A DNA stretch of 64,000 bases from Phoronis australis (Eukaryota > Animalia > Phoronida), in NCBI GenBank assembly GCA_002633005.1, contig NMRA01000007.1, forward strand, positions 1,130,362-1,194,361. The letters are read 5' to 3'. Below are positions 54,301 through 64,000 of this stretch, piece by piece. The notes below the pieces were generated by a model that saw only the letters and a program-made list of their open reading frames with translations, did no database searches and was not told the origin of the DNA. Each line of letters begins with the position of its first letter. The first letter of the stretch is position 1. A program made the translations under genes and the position numbers.

Positions 54301-56790
54301 TAGACCACTATTGTGAAATCTCACCAATTAAAGACACAATATGGCCGCCAGATGAAATTCCATGTTGTCATTTTTTCCATGAAAGATACGTCATGCCAAA
54401 TGAACGCCTTAACATGTTCAAGTTCTGGACCATCAGACGATAGTTTGAAATATTGTGGGCACTCGCAACAAAGTTAGAAGCCATTGCAAAATGAAAAGTA
54501 AGGAAAATTGGGGATTATTTTTGCAAAAAATTGGTGAGATTTGACCTTAAATCTACTCACCTGCACATCCACTTTAGGGGGCGCTTGTTCAGCCAGTGTA
54601 CACATGCCCTCGTTCAGTGTGACATTTCGCTGGCTCATCACATTCACACCTCGTTTGTATGAGATTCCTAGCCTGAGCTCCTTCTGTTTCTCTTCCAACT
54701 CTTTTACCTGTACCCGGAGACCTTTGAACTTGGGGTTACCAGCCACAGCCAGGTCCTCAATAGTGTCTTTAATCTGTTTAATGATCTTGTCATTTTCTTG
54801 AAGGTCATTTTGGATTTTTTGGACTTTGAAATTTAGCTCGTTATCCTAGACAAAGGATAAGCAACCAATTAAGACATATAACATTAAACACACAATTTTC
54901 TGACTAGTGGCTCTGTTGGATGTTATTGCAACTAAAATATTGAAAGAAAACCTAAATGTAACAGATCCCAGCAGCAGTTAAAAGTGTATCATGCTTCATT
55001 ATCCGAATTTAAAGAAAGCCACAGCAATGTATATTTAATGGTTGAGATCAGATCTCATAATTGTTGCGTAACATTGGTATCATTTGATAGAGGTTTTTCC
55101 TCAATTGTTATTGTTACGGTTACCCATTTTCCCGGTTGAGTATTCAGGTATGGTGTTGACCTGGATTTTGATTGAGTAGGAACGCTGGGCTTCCATCCCA
55201 TATATGGAAGAGAATCCCTGGGAGGTACCACTTGCAGGGATCATTTGCCAGTTTGGAGATTGAGTGGCCACTCAATTGTTGTGAACAGAGGAGGTGGTTG
55301 AAAGCTGACAAAACAATCACAGGATTTTAAATACAGGGAGCATACAACCCTACCCTAGGTACAAAGGTGATAAGATGTGCAGCTTTGAGTTAGGGTAATT
55401 AAGGTAGGCGAAATAAAATCTGACAGAAACTGTCACGAAAACCAAGACTCTACTTTGAGTAAGTTAAAATCGTAAGAGGCAGTAAAAACTGCAGTTATTA
55501 TTATCTGTAGAGCAATGATATGCGTCAAATATTGACCAATTTCATTTTTTCATTGATTCTTTCATAAACTGTTCCTCTCCCAAAGATTGTGTACAGTTCA
55601 CAACAAATTACCCATTAGGGTGTTCTTCTGTTCAGTGACTTTACCAGACATAGAGCAGTTGTGAGTGTGTGATAACATCTAGCTCCTTTGTTAACTGCTG
55701 GTATGACAACATGCTCCAGGCTTATTACGGACCACCTGTGAACACAGCTAAACCCCAGCCAGTGCGAATTGTTATGTTTGGAAAGAATAGATTGTCATAA
55801 GTTCGATTGTAGTGGGGAGATTTTGGTGATTCAAAAACTAAAAATGATCAGCATTTGTTGAGGAGTTCAGAAATGCTATTGGTTTATGTTCAAATATGAT
55901 ATAACTTAACTTTTATTTTTAACAGCACAGTCCAGTCAGGCTAGATAGGATCTTATGGGAGATTAGAGCAATTATTGAACAAAAGAGAGTTGGCCCTCCA
56001 ATCATAAATGCCAGAATGGAGTTAATCAGTGGTGTAAGATATCGGCTACAGGGGTCATCCTCCCAACTTGTTGTTGGGCTATAGAATCGAACAAGTTGGG
56101 AGCAATGGGGAAAATGCCATAACGCAGAATAGTTACAAGTCATAAAGAGTTTTATTACAAGCAACCAAACTGACTTTCTAAATAAATTTCACTTTGTCAA
56201 AGTTGTCAACATCTCCTGACTGCTCAAAGAAAAAGTTTGATAACAGGAATATTTGTTCAAGTTGGAAGGAATTAAAGACTTTGATGTTTTAGTCACTGAA
56301 AAGCTTCCGGTATATGAAGCTCCTATAAGAGCTACATCATCTGCAGTTCAACTAGACGGTGGCCACTGTCTACCCCCCACACCCTCCCACTAGACAGTGA
56401 CCACAGTCTCTAGCTGGCCAGTAGAGACGGTGTAGCCTCTATAGTCAATATGAGGCATAATTCGTCGAAAAGCTTCTAGAGACAGTGATCACTGTCTACG
56501 CCACCCCACACCTACTATGCCTGTAACCCATAGCCTGGATTGCGGGGGGGGGGGCAGATTATTTTGATGTCATAAGCGATATTCTTGCCATTCCCACAGT
56601 TCAATCACAACATGCTTTTATGGTAACAACTACAACTAATGATCGAATTCACTGGCATGGAATGAATTACCTCTCGTGGGCTTGGAAACTGCAAATTTGA
56701 AGCTTCCAGCATCAGGTACAGGGAAAAACTGGCAGCTGCAAACATAGCCAGCCCAACAAACACAAGTTTTTTACGCATGGCTGTGTTCAT
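24884..56790 (-). CDS. MAN2A1: Golgi alpha-mannosidase II (GH38, MAN2A1/MAN2A2-like), complete 21-exon CDS, 3468 nt, about 1155 aa
   Basis: N-terminal type II TM anchor and coiled-coil stem. Catalytic motifs [21 protein letters not shown] (nucleophile), LGDDFRY (acid/base) and QHHDAITGT are present, plus [16 protein letters not shown] and QDDQRG. All junctions are GT-AG and in phase. Confidence 0.97.
25561..25689. repeat. Long inverted repeat/hairpin (~50-bp arms) in the last MAN2A intron
   Basis: CCAAATTGTATACAACTTCATATTC / GAATATGAAGTTGTATACAATTTGG. Confidence 0.85.
26043..26360 (-). CDS. MAN2A1: MAN2A exon 20 (YPSLLAH...[12 protein letters not shown]...[10 protein letters not shown]...SNGK)
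   Basis: 318 nt, tttcag acceptor, AAG|gtaaga donor. Confidence 0.93.
26910..27043 (-). CDS. MAN2A1: MAN2A exon 19 ([26 protein letters not shown])
   Basis: 134 nt, tttag acceptor, gtgagc donor. Confidence 0.94.
28030..28171 (-). CDS. MAN2A1: MAN2A exon 18 ([20 protein letters not shown]...[10 protein letters not shown])
   Basis: 142 nt, ttcag acceptor, gtgagt donor. Confidence 0.95.
29293..29426 (-). CDS. MAN2A1: MAN2A exon 17 ([10 protein letters not shown]...FFTDLNGFQ)
   Basis: 134 nt, CAG|gtgagt donor. Confidence 0.95.
29985..30096 (-). CDS. MAN2A1: MAN2A exon 16 ([14 protein letters not shown]...HVVRL)
   Basis: 112 nt, ttttag acceptor, gtatag donor. Confidence 0.9.
30461..30577 (-). 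CDS. MAN2A1: MAN2A exon 15 ([25 protein letters not shown])
   Basis: 117 nt; SGAYLFLP motif. Confidence 0.94.
31250..31910 (+). mobile_element. HINE/Helentron-associated-like non-autonomous element
   Basis: Degenerate core repeats (TTTGCCAAGTTTCATGAAA, AAATGGC), a GGAC/GATA-type simple repeat, then a 3' palindrome ATGCACCCACAT...ATGTGGGCGCAT (31875-31904) followed by an A-run. Confidence 0.5.
32000..32096 (-). CDS. MAN2A1: MAN2A exon 14 (GNFKIKR...[18 protein letters not shown])
   Basis: 97 nt, ttacag acceptor, gtaagt donor. Confidence 0.87.
33046..33176 (-). CDS. MAN2A1: MAN2A exon 13 ([17 protein letters not shown]...)
   Basis: 131 nt, gacag acceptor, AG|gtacag donor; F..LP..G..Y motif. 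Confidence 0.88.
34413..34788. repeat. 54-bp minisatellite, about 7 copies
   Basis: Unit GGGCTATTCATTGGAAAGTAGTTCCCAGTATGGCTTATAATCTAATTATACTAT. Confidence 0.95.
34965..35180. repeat. ~21-bp degenerate minisatellite abutting the exon 12 donor
   Basis: Units such as CCATTCATACCTTGTACTTGT, about 10 copies. Confidence 0.85.
35169..35334 (-). CDS. MAN2A1: MAN2A exon 12 ([12 protein letters not shown]...GKYK)
   Basis: 166 nt, tgtag acceptor, AAG|gtagga donor. Confidence 0.92.
36517..36584 (-). CDS. MAN2A1: MAN2A exon 11 ([22 protein letters not shown])
   Basis: 68 nt, ccacag acceptor, gtatgt donor. Confidence 0.88.
36825..37075. repeat. 19/24-bp minisatellite (CAATTTTGAACAATAGAAGTAAGG)
   Basis: About 11 units; explains three overlapping repetitive ORFs. 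Confidence 0.95.
37557..37677 (-). CDS. MAN2A1: MAN2A exon 10 ([20 protein letters not shown]...FFNV)
   Basis: 121 nt, tttacag acceptor, gtaagt donor; phase fits neighbours. Confidence 0.88.
38647..38821. mobile_element. ~175-bp MITE (TIR AATTGACCTATC); second copy at 63346-63523
   Basis: Two collinear copies with terminal inverted GACCTAT/ATAGGTC. Confidence 0.75.
39114..39296 (-). CDS. MAN2A1: MAN2A exon 9 (SAEMAF...[19 protein letters not shown])
   Basis: 183 nt, attag acceptor, gtatgt donor. Confidence 0.95.
40618..40998 (-). CDS. MAN2A1: MAN2A exon 8 (LLDQYRKKA...LGDDFRYD...[13 protein letters not shown])
   Basis: 381 nt within ORF 40572-41039. Confidence 0.96.
42204..42438. mobile_element. 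MITE with ~24-bp TIR containing a (TA)n microsatellite
   Basis: ACCTTATTCACGCAGTCGCCATTT / AAATGGCGACTGCGTGAATAAGGT. Confidence 0.8.
43378..43564 (-). CDS. MAN2A1: MAN2A exon 7 ([32 protein letters not shown])
   Basis: 187 nt, atgcag acceptor, gtaagt donor. Confidence 0.96.
43668..43865 (+). repeat. ~200-bp intronic segment duplicated at 45131-45345
   Basis: AACTGAATACACA...AAACTGGTGTGGAAATGGGTATC...CACCTGTGGCCA in both copies. Confidence 0.75.
47576..47749 (-). CDS. MAN2A1: MAN2A exon 6 ([13 protein letters not shown]...EFMWRQNW)
   Basis: 174 nt; catalytic nucleophile motif. Confidence 0.96.
48355..48482 (-). CDS. MAN2A1: MAN2A exon 5 ([20 protein letters not shown])
   Basis: 128 nt, ttttgcag acceptor, gtaaat donor. 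Confidence 0.95.
49265..49339. repeat. 25-bp perfect tandem repeat x3
   Basis: ATTCAAGAGCCTGCAGTCGGGTGTC. Confidence 0.95.
49624..49795 (-). CDS. MAN2A1: MAN2A exon 4 (WIKTFDTYY...FIWAEMSYF)
   Basis: 172 nt, catag acceptor, gtatgt donor. Confidence 0.95.
49950..50628. repeat. ~32-34-bp minisatellite, about 20 copies
   Basis: Unit ACACATTATTCTCTCTCACTGATCATTAACTTAG with higher-order variants. Confidence 0.95.
51451..51595 (-). CDS. MAN2A1: MAN2A exon 3 ([12 protein letters not shown]...VVPHSHNDP)
   Basis: 145 nt, G|gtgagt donor. Confidence 0.96.
52077..52300 (+). pseudogene. Decayed non-LTR retrotransposon ORF1 (RRM-type) fragment
   Basis: Interrupted translation [28 protein letters not shown] / [27 protein letters not shown] resembles the ORF1 pattern 'V..F....LGI....HRL...KPRPIIVKF...VL..A..LR'. 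Confidence 0.5.
54561..54845 (-). CDS. MAN2A1: MAN2A exon 2 (stem/coiled coil, DNELNFKV...PKVDVQ)
   Basis: tctag acceptor, CAG|gtgagt donor, 285 nt. Confidence 0.88.
56671..56790 (-). CDS. MAN2A1: MAN2A exon 1 (cytoplasmic tail + signal-anchor, [28 protein letters not shown]...)
   Basis: Basic tail then hydrophobic helix ending FSLYLML; GAG|gtaatt donor. Confidence 0.88.
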
Positions 56791-56793
56791 GTC

Positions 56794-56805
56794 TTAGACA
56801 TCCAT
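56794..56805 (-). promoter_or_regulatory. 3-codon upstream ORF (ATG GAT GTC TAA) ending 3 nt before the MAN2A start
   Basis: Minus strand reads gtgATGGATGTCTAAgacATGAAC. Confidence 0.45.
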
Positions 56806-59800
56806 CACCTGCAAACCAGTGTCACTCTCAATCCAAATTAAGACGTAGGCCTATGACACTGTCCCCAACTCTGCTCACTTGCCAAAGCAATGTCAGCTTC
56901 AGTTCAGGACCTCCAACGTCACCAGGAAAGGCGACATCTAGCGTATGAAAAGAAAATATCAGAACCAACCCCGTTTCCACTGCAGAATGATCTTTGAACC
57001 TTAGTAGCCGTTGTAAACGCATAAATTAAAGGACTTTTTGGCAACCGACTTAAACATAGAGTTCTAAAAGTATGCTGAATATGATTACTACCGTAAACTG
57101 CCGTAAATCCACAGATTAGAGATTGTTTCCTAATTTTGCCAAAAGGTGTCATGGAAATTCAAGCAACTCTCCGCTGCAAGGAGGCGTGTAACATCAAAGT
57201 CCAAAAAGTTTCAAGTGGTGCGTATTTCTTTGAACTGGTAAGTTATTATTTACATTATAACACTTGAAGCATAACGAAACATCCCTAAGTAAAAATTGGC
57301 GTGAGTGGACCTGAGTTTTGGAAATGAGAAGTTACGTTTGCTGGTGATTCGCCTGAAAGGCAAAGTAGGTTATCCTGTTTGAAGTTTGCCAATCTGGTAC
57401 GCCCGCCCGCTAGTACTGGCGCTAGTGAGTGGTTAGCCAGCCAGCAACAGTTGTCAAAATACAGGTAGGAATCGGCGTGCATTAACTTCACATAGATCTC
57501 TAAATTTCGCACAGCCTGGGTAGTTCTGCTTGTCATGTCGTCATGAAACTTAAATCAGCATGTAGCATGGGCAACACGTAGCCCTCGGTTGGCCGCTTAG
57601 GGGCTACAATACTTCCCATCGCTTTCTGTACACATTTTGTTCCATGTATTTTAAACGGGTGGTTGGCCAAATCCGGCCACCCATTTTGAGTTTTCACCTC
57701 GTTAAAAATACATTCCACTCTTAAAATTATCACTTAAAAAAGTGCTTACTTTTGTCATTGGTCCTTTCTACTTCTATGCATGTCTTCGATGAAGTTAAAT
57801 TGTGAGAATTAAGGTGACTTTGGCGAAGAATTCCAACTCCACTTTTTTGGTTGCCGTTAACTTTTTCACTGCTCGCGCGATAACTACAAAGTATGTCAAC
57901 TGAGTCACGTGTGTTAGGCAAAGGCTAGTGCGAGACTGAGCAAAGCGCGTGACACTAGCAAGTGACACTAGCAATCGACATGTGCAAAATAGCATGAGAA
58001 GATATCAGGTGAAATTTGTAAGATTTGTGTCCCTTGGTCTTTTTATTCGTCAACATGGGTGATTTCACGTAACTTCCTCAAAATGGCACCTGGTAAGAGA
58101 AACTGGAGCAAACCGTGACAGATTTTCATCGATTTCTTCAAATTATCTTGACTGAATCATCTCCAGACTTATGGTATGAGTTTTTTACAACTCCATGTGC
58201 ATATATGCATGTTTCATTTGATTTTATTTCCTGTATTTTGAAATGAGTAACTTTTTGTGGGGATGTACTATCGCCCCTGTATGCCTGCAGCAGCCAGGGC
58301 GATGTAATTGCCTACATGTAGAGTAGCCTTGGTACAAAACTGTATACTAAATATACAACTTTGCACCGATGTGGGTAAAAAAGTGGTAAGATAAAATCTG
58401 ACACAAAATTAGTTTCATTAAAAACTACAGTCTTCCTTGAGTTTTAAACCAAATTATTTAACGGTGTTGGAAAAAAGGGCGTTCTACCGTTATTCTGCTG
58501 CTAAAGTTGTGGGGCGATCTTTAGCGATGGCTTTCGGCGCCATGAAATATTACATCACCTGTTGGCCAGTTTCTGATCTGAGTATTCGACTTCTTTGCCA
58601 GGCTTGAATTTTTCCGTTTATCTTGGAAAACAAAGTTTTATTGCTCATTTAACATTATGAACATCTTTCTGTAATCCGGCGAAATAAATTGTGAATTATT
58701 ACAGAAGTTCGAATTGACATTTTACGTGCTTATCAAGTGATATTTTGTGCTGAAAAAATAAATATTTGCATGTTAAAGAGTCGCGCGGGAGAGCTTGGTG
58801 TCATAGGATTTTTATGCAAAGCAACGTGCTAATGAGGCATACTGAAACTTAAAGTCCTGAGAATTATTGTAGTGTGTAGAAATTTTGAAATGTTAAGTCG
58901 ACACCACTGTTTTTAACTCATATTGTCAGCGCATGTTGCCGAAGTCTTGTCGCCTTGGTAACCCAGCACGTGGAGATCCCTGCATGTCTTGTAGGCGTGA
59001 CATTTGACCACGTTTGTTTTTTATTGTAATTGATTATCCTTTCCCTGCATAACTGTGAATCGTGCTGTCTTCTATGACCTGATTGTCATAACTTTCTGAA
59101 CTATACACCCTGCCACTAAATGCCAAGAATTAGGGGAAACCCTTGCTAGCTTTAGTTTGAAACCATTTTCGTAAACTTGTTCTTATTTAGGGTCTGTGGG
59201 TGAATTCTATATTATTGTATCCTAACTGAATTACTTCCTTGTTAAGGGTGTTTAGAGCCCTAGTTAACATGTTGAGACAATGATTACTTGACAAAAATTT
59301 CACCAACAGTACCGGTTAAAGATCACAATTTTGAAATTTGGTGCAACTGCAACCTGATCTTGACCCTTTGTTTTCTCGTTTCTTTTATCATAATTTCCAT
59401 TTATGATCGACATATGTCCCGGATAATAGATAAATGATACGTGCGTCGCAAGCTCGTTACCAGAGATGAAAAGGAGACTGATGTAGGCGATAAAAGGTCA
59501 TTTATTATGACTAGTACAATTACAATAAAATGAATACAGGTAAATAACGTATAATAGGTAATCTCTGGTAAGATGGGCACTAAAGAGCGCCGGCCACGTG
59601 GAAGTACGAGAGAATGACGAAAACTGGGAGGAAGAGGGTGGGAAAATTGAATGAGTTTTTGACGTACGACAATGTGGCCGGAACAAAGTGAATCGAAAGC
59701 GAGGTTACAATAACAAAGAAAAACGCCCCTAAAGACACGTGACAATCATCAACCTATAAGAGCCAAGAGCTGACCAAACTCGAGGCACGTGATAACAACA

Positions 59801-61687
59801 GACCAATACGAAGGCTGGAAAAACGACGTGTAGTCCTGCACAAGGGAATAATGGAATAAGCAGCTATAAACCCATGCATGTTTTTTTTTCTTTCCTTTTC
59901 TTTTTATATATTGTCCTGTGGGCAATTTATATATTGTCCTGTGGACAATTGGCAAAATACGCAAAGCTATTTGCTTAATGAAAGAATTGTTTGTTTCTCC
60001 GGTAAAAACCATTTTTCTCTTTAATTGGGAGGGATGACATGTAAACATCCAGTTTGCTTGATTTTTTGTTTTGGTAGACGGAGATATATCGGGAGACGAT
60101 GGTAATTAATGCGTAAAAATTGCAATACAGTGAAAAGGTATTTGGACTGGTATTTGATTTTGAACTGGAGTTGTGGAAAGAAAATATTTTATTTTTAACA
60201 ATCAGTTAAAAAGGAAGCTCTGTTTTATAGTGCTCATAGCTGGTGCTGGTTGCAAATTTGGCAGCAAGAAATGACTGAATAACAGCACAAGTCACTTCAT
60301 CAAATTAATTTTTGGTACCAAATGAGGCAACAACGAGATGGGTCTTGGGCTGTTATTTGAGTCCAAGTACAGGGACGAAGTCCATTGTCTGGATGTTCAA
60401 ATTTTAAATCCACAAAATTGTTTTTGGAGTTACATTTAACCTGTAAAAACACAGCAGTTACTTTTTACATTTATAACTGAACATCAAATTTACTTCATAA
60501 CGATCCTTAAGCTTTTAAGCTGTATTTATTCAGTTTTGCAGGAACTTAAGACTAACATTGTAATGCCCTAGCCTTGGTGTATACAAATAAATGGAAAGGT
60601 TGCACTTTGTAAAGAAGGAGTATGATCTGACCAAAATTCATGTGGTTGATGATTGTAGTTTCCTTGAATAATCAGAACTAATTATTGGGCCTAAAGTGTT
60701 GTTCTTCAAGTTAATTTACCTGTTAGAAATGTAATGGCAACAATTTAGTACCAGCAATTCAGTTTTGTTTTGTTTTGTTTCGTTTCGTTTCGCTTTAATT
60801 TCTGTTAGAATCAGTTGAAGAATACAATAATGCGATTTCTTGACTCATGTTATTTCTTTAGTTTTTACCCATGTGACCCACATGTGTATATTTTGCTTTG
60901 TATTTTTGCCATGGGTTAAGTGTAGGTCTAATGCTCACAAAAGTTTACTGGTTAGGTTATATCTAATAACAGTTCTTGGCTTTTGATTAGGATAGCATGA
61001 AAGATGTGTAACTCTGTATTTTTTTACTCTAATTAGCTGCATTATAAATCTTTAACCCACGAAAGCGCTGTGGTGGTAGGTTTTAATGATGATTTAACAC
61101 ACTTAGTACTGTCTAGCTGTTTGGAAACAAAAATAAAGTGTAGTGCCCATGTCTTGCCAGTCCATGAGGAACCAAACCATTGATCAGTTGTCAAATGTGA
61201 TTGTAAAGCATTGCACTATACTTGCATCAAAAACTAAAGGGTGACAAAATAATCATCAGATGTGAGTGTGGGAGATGTAGTGAAGCTGTACGTCTTTGAA
61301 ACTATAATCTGTGGTTGGATTAGGAATTCCTAAGAGGGAAATATGGGATCAACAATAAGTATTTTTTTATTAATTATAATGCATTTATATTTGATGACAT
61401 TGATACTCCTTTGTGCATGCTTTAAAGATCGGTCATACTATCCAAATGGATATTGGTATGTAGAACTAAAAATCATGTCAGTTGCAGCTTATCTGCTCCA
61501 AGTCGATTAGATTCTCTTCATAGCTGAAACTTTATTTCCGTCCCCATGGTCATAACTACGTAACAACAAATCCAAATTAAGTCACAATAAAGTATGTGCT
61601 GTGGACATGCTGGAGACCAATTAAAAATATTAATGTACAAAGATTGTTGTTTTAAGTTCAATCACAGGTTTTGTCAAGTTCTTAATA

Positions 61688-62199
61688 ATCCCTTTCATAC
61701 TGACTTAACTCTAGTCTCAGCTTAGCGTCGACTTAAACTGCGAAGTTAACTGAACCGTTCATGTCGACTTCGGTAGTTAACGGATGTAGAAGTAAACGGT
61801 AGGTGACGCTGTGGTCATCGAAATAATGGCAAGGTAGTGCTGATGCATTGCGTGCACACTAAGATTTTTTGTGACAATTTGGGAACATTTACATGTGCAA
61901 ATTGGCATAAAACTTATTTCTGATTCGATTGGTATTTATTTGAGCAAAATATAAGCAACTATCAGCGACGACGCTGCCCTTTAATTGCTGACGATATCAG
62001 CGGCCCCTGGCGATAACTTCGATGGGACCGAAGTTGGCCGCACATACTGCACAGCAGAACCAATGCTCCGCTGTTAAATCCACCTGTTTACTGCAAAGTT
62101 AACTGGCACTGTTAACTTCAATCCAGGATCAAAGTTAACCATTCATACTGACCGCAACTCCCCAAAACATCGACGCGTCGACATTAGTATGAAAGAGCC
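61688..62199. mobile_element. ~510-bp MITE, PIF/Harbinger-like termini
   Basis: CTTTCATACT / AGTATGAAAG(AGCC) inverted termini; internal GTTAAC/GTCGAC palindromic motifs. Confidence 0.55.
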
Positions 62200-64000
62200 T
62201 TGAGAAAAGACTTTTCAAAACATCCTTTATAATCGTGATTTTACAATTACCTGATTTTCTTTGTAATTTGAATCATGTTCAACATTAATGACAACTCGTT
62301 AACATTAAAAGTATCCTCAAAAGCCAATCACTGATGCCTGACATTAATCGTGTTTGTCTTGCTGTTCAAGTCATGTATTCACCTGGTTGTTAGATGTGCA
62401 CCGATAACGTTAGTGGATGACAATTTCCTTAATGCGACATTTTAATAACTCATTAGTCACGTTAATTACACGTTAGAATCGATCCGTGCCATGTGACTTG
62501 AGTACAGGTTGACTACATTCTGTTACTGTGTAGTTTATTAACAATACAGATCCTTTGTTATCTTGGTAATACGTTTTTCTGGATTAATTGTTGTTCCCCT
62601 GGCATGTACAGTACAAGACAAAAGTAACCAAACCAAATACCATTTTCCCGTCATGACAGATGACAGCTAATTCTGTTAACGGCAAAAGTTACTATAGTTA
62701 CTATTAAGGCGCAAAAATTTCTAATCACAAAGTGACTCGGCCACCTTGCTGACTTTTTTGTTTATTCCTCTTCATTTGCGGTCATTAGGAAAGACTACTC
62801 TGCCCATGAATGCGGCGTCCGCCCACCTGCCATGATGAGGAATTCTGGGTTATTTTGTCTGAATACTTTCGGCTTTACGGTTCATGGGTCTGAATACTTT
62901 TGGCTTGTACTGTATTCACGGTCCAGGGGTATGACTCACCGTCTGAATACTTTTGGCTTATACTGTATTTACTATTCATGGCACAATAGAAAGTGCTGTC
63001 AAAGGTCTAGCAAAAGGCAGGCATCTTGGTTCAGCGTTCACTTCCAATGAGCAAACGTGATGTCTTCCTCGCAATTGAACACAGTCTGTGTCAGTCATTC
63101 GTGTTTGTTCAGTGAAAGTTAATGGCGGACCAACATGTGTTCCTTTTGCTGGGCAGTTTGCATCACTTTTTATTGTTGCCATGGATATGGCAAAAACTCA
63201 TCAATTTTGAACAAAAATAATTACCAAAATAGCCATTTTTTTCATTTCTCAAAGGCTTGTAACATTGTTGTAAATGTCCTCAATTTTTCGATACATTATC
63301 TGGAGGTAGCTATGGTACAAAATTTGAACATATAAAAGCATTTCTAACTGACCTATCGCAAGCTCTGCCCCCTTGCGGAATATCGACTAACAAACAATAA
63401 GTTTACCCGGCAACGTGTTGTTTGTCGGGTAAAATGGCAGCTTGGAAACGAAAGTGTGTCAATAATGGTGCATTCTAAATGATCTGTTAAGCTGTCGCTC
63501 AAAATCCTGGTAGTAGGTCAATTACTGCTTCATAGCTTTCTTGGGAAAAATCAAAAGACAAAATTTAATTTGCCCTTCGTATTGTGTTCTTAATTAGTGA
63601 GATTTTACTGCACTTAATACTCACTACTGGGAAAAGTAATTAACACAGATAAATATCCCATCAAGATAACCGGGGATCTATATTTTACTAAAAAGTAACA
63701 TTAAAAAAACGTTACTCTCACTGTAATGTTGTACTCTTACGGCTAACACGAAAGTTGAGTACCACACTCCGATGTCCCGTAAAAATGTACTTGTGACATA
63801 GACCACTTGTGGTAACGCTTTCTCAAATCAGAACAGAAATAACGGTCAGTCAACCGCTATCTCATAAAATGATAGTCATTTGAGTGAAATGGCAATCGTA
63901 AAATATAGTGTCTTTCCAAAATAAACAAAATTTTATATCAAGACATATTGCATACGTATTTTAGAACAATCCGGTTTTCAAAAACATGCAGATACTGAAA

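Noticed and set aside
55123-55285. Cassette/poison exon in MAN2A intron 1 (ttttgtcag ... GG|gtaacc)
   Set aside because: Early stop in the required phase, no homology and only generic splice motifs.

Overview
AT-rich, intron-rich animal (invertebrate-type) nuclear DNA, not prokaryotic. I reconstructed two spliced minus-strand genes by hand, with GT-AG junctions and consistent phases. (1) A betaine/S-methylmethionine--homocysteine S-methyltransferase (BHMT family) has 7 coding exons at 7088->219; its last exon probably lies left of the window. It carries BHMT2-like or divergent methyl-donor pocket residues. (2) A complete Golgi alpha-mannosidase II (GH38, MAN2A family) has 21 coding exons at 56790->24884, encoding about 1155 aa. 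The rest is intron and intergenic DNA rich in non-autonomous DNA transposons, plus minisatellites, a decayed LINE ORF1 fragment, a HINE/Helentron-like element, intronic hairpins and a gap-associated ~0.8 kb tandem duplication that is probably an assembly artefact. The most notable repeats are a family with CAGTG/CATAG/CATGC termini and 5-bp target-site duplications; one member carries a tRNA-like Pol III cassette, is nested in another MITE, and has an inverted partner 1.2 kb away. I found no convincing new multi-gene system. The best leads are the 5-bp-TSD transposon family, the divergent BHMT, and a minisatellite made of copies of an exon/5' splice-site junction. Most short ORFs in the track are spurious.
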